From Zancudomyces culisetae HAW-14-8 (taxonomy: Eukaryota; Fungi; Kickxellomycota), in NCBI GenBank assembly GCA_052426225.1, contig JBNJNM010000006.1:682001-746000 (forward strand): a DNA stretch of 64,000 nucleotides, in the 5' to 3' direction. The translations under genes and the position numbers were made by a program. The first letter of the stretch is position 1. Every line of letters begins with the position of its first letter. This document shows positions 62,086 to 64,000 of this stretch, in pieces. The notes below the pieces were generated by a model that searched no databases, was not told the origin of the DNA, and saw nothing but the letters and a program-made list of their open reading frames with translations.

Positions 62086-64000
62086 ATGAAAGTTTTAATA
62101 ACTACATTAATACTTGCTTCGCTCAAAGTAGGGGTAAACGCAGCCGCGATACGCCATGAGCCAATGCAACTTAGAGGCTACGAACCAGCTACAGATCAGG
62201 ATACGGCATACTCACATATGTTAGAGAATGTATACCCAGATACTACTAATGTAAAGGAGTATAACTCAGAAGTTCGTCCAAAATACTACCGAAGAAGATA
62301 TGGCGGTGGTGGTGGTGGCGGTCGTGGAGGAGGTGGAGGATTTAGCGGAGGACGAGGAGGAGGTGGAGGATTTGGCGGAGGATATGGAGGCGGAGGATTT
62401 AGTGGGGGACGTGGAGGCATGGGTGGATTAAGTGGGGGACGTGGAGGAGGTGGAGGATTTGGCGGAGGATATGGAGGCGGAAGATTTAGTGGGGGACGTG
62501 GAGGCATGGGCGGATCTAGTGAAGGACGTGGAGGCATGGGCGGATCTAGTGAAGGACGTGGAGGCATGGGCGGATCTAGTGGAGGACGAGGAGGCATGGG
62601 CGGATCTAGTGAAGGACGTGGAGGCATGGGCGGATCTAGTGGAGGACGAGGAGGCATGGGTGGATCAAGTGAAGGATATGGAGGACGTGGTGGACGTGGT
62701 GGAAGTGGTGAACGTCAAGGAACTGGAGGAGCTAATGGAGACAGTGGAGGGCGTGGAGGACGTGGAGGACGCCAAGGAACCGGAGGAGCTAATGGAGATA
62801 GCGCAGGACGTGATAATAACCAAATGAGCGGAGGAAGCAATGGAAATGAAGCTGGAAGCACGAGCCCAAATCAAAAAAATTCAGCACCTGAAAGCAGTAG
62901 TGGAGGTGCCAATACTGCAAACGTTGGTGCCGCAAGTAGTGATTCAGGTAGAACTGCTAGAGCAATGGGAAGTGGTAGTGGTAATGGTAATGGAAACATC
63001 GGAAGTAACAATGGCAACGGCAATAGCAGTGGTAGTACTGGAAATGGTAATAACAACACTGGAAATGGTAATGGCAATGGCAACACTGGAGATAATAATG
63101 GTAATGGAAATACTGGAAATAATAATGGAAGTGGCAACACCGGAGATAGCAATGGTAATGGCAACACCGGCGATGGAAATGGCAGTACTAACAATGGAAA
63201 TAATAATGGCAGTGGAAACACCGGAAATAACAATGGTAATGACAACACTGGAAATAATAATGGTACTGGAAACGCTGGTGACAACAATGGCAATGGTAAC
63301 GCTGGAGATGGCAATGGTAATGTCAACAGTGGAAATAACAATGGCAGTGGCAACACCGGGGATAACAATGGCAATGGCAACACCGGCGATCTTAATGGAA
63401 GTGGTAACACCGGAGATAGCAATGGTAATGGCAACACCGGCGATGGAAATGGCAGTAATAACAATGGAAATAATAATGGCAGTGGAAACACTGGTGACAA
63501 CAATGGCAACGACAACACTGGTGATAATAATGGCACTGGAAACACTGGTGACAACAATGGCAATGGTAACGCTGGAGATGGCAATGGTAATGTCAACAGT
63601 GGAAATAACAATGGCAGTGGCAACACCGGGGATAACAATGGCAATGGCAACACCGGCGATCTTAATGGAAGTGGTAACACCGGAGATAGCAATGGTAATG
63701 GCAACACCGGCGATGGAAATGGCAGTAATAACAATGGAAATAATAATGGCAGTGGAAACACTGGTGACAACAATGGCAACGACAACACTGGTGATAATAA
63801 TGGCACTGGAAACACTGGTGATAACAATGGCAATGGTAACACAGGAGATGGAAATGGTAACCTTAACAGTGGAAATAATAATGGCAGTGGCAACACCGGG
63901 GATAACAATGGCAATGGCAACACCGGCGATCTTAATGGAAGTGGTAACACCGGAGATAGCAATGGTAATGGCAACACCGGAAATAGCAATGGAAGTAATA
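62086..64000 (+). CDS. Secreted Gly/Asn-rich repetitive protein, paralog 2 (3' partial; runs off the window and is absent from the ORF track)
   Basis: ATG at 62086; the first ~76 aa are nearly identical to the 39509 gene. RGG/GGM 30-nt repeats follow, then 27-nt NTGDNNGNG-type repeats in 270-nt higher-order units (63361, 63631, 63901). No stop seen. Confidence 0.88.
   Translation, partial: MKVLITTLILASLKVGVNAAAIRHEPMQLRGYEPATDQDTAYSHMLENVYPDTTNVKEYNSEVRPKYYRRRYGGGGGGGRGGGGGFSGGRGGGGGFGGGYGGGGFSGGRGGMGGLSGGRGGGGGFGGGYGGGRFSGGRGGMGGSSEGRGGMGGSSEGRGGMGGSSGGRGGMGGSSEGRGGMGGSSGGRGGMGGSSEGYGGRGGRGGSGERQGTGGANGDSGGRGGRGGRQGTGGANGDSAGRDNNQMSGGSNGNEAGSTSPNQKNSAPESSSGGANTANVGAASSDSGRTARAMGSGSGNGNGNIGSNNGNGNSSGSTGNGNNNTGNGNGNGNTGDNNGNGNTGNNNGSGNTGDSNGNGNTGDGNGSTNNGNNNGSGNTGNNNGNDNTGNNNGTGNAGDNNGNGNAGDGNGNVNSGNNNGSGNTGDNNGNGNTGDLNGSGNTGDSNGNGNTGDGNGSNNNGNNNGSGNTGDNNGNDNTGDNNGTGNTGDNNGNGNAGDGNGNVNSGNNNGSGNTGDNNGNGNTGDLNGSGNTGDSNGNGNTGDGNGSNNNGNNNGSGNTGDNNGNDNTGDNNGTGNTGDNNGNGNTGDGNGNLNSGNNNGSGNTGDNNGNGNTGDLNGSGNTGDSNGNGNTGNSNGSN

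Noticed and set aside
62286-63989. Extensin-like Pro-rich minus-strand ORFs and the 62432 + ORF
   Set aside because: Shadows of the real + strand gene starting at 62086.

Overview
AT-rich, intron-containing eukaryotic DNA, almost certainly fungal. The gene set, short GT/GC-AG introns, chromoviral Gypsy elements and a DIRS element fit an early-diverging fungus; Harpellales/Kickxellomycotina is my guess and is not demonstrated. Positions 1-37 kb hold housekeeping genes: M3A oligopeptidase, OTU deubiquitinase, RNase H1, a multi-pass membrane protein, Nup192/Nup205, an unknown 4-exon gene, Mgm1, a HAL/NPR kinase, tRNA-His, ERG1 and a PQ-loop transporter. The ~9-24 kb part has a strong strand-composition flip centred inside the Nup192 ORF and many microsatellite-coded homopeptides. 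Positions 39-64 kb hold two paralogous secreted Gly/Asn/Ser-repeat protein genes that share a near-identical promoter, signal peptide and propeptide but carry very different repeat cargo. Between them is a ~19 kb transposon nest: a decayed LINE, many solo LTRs with hairpin termini, and a TSD-verified nested stack containing an intact, apparently self-priming, -1 frameshifting chromovirus. The nest also contains a decayed chromovirus bracketed by inverted LTRs, a 250-bp foldback element with LTR-type ends, and a split DIRS element.
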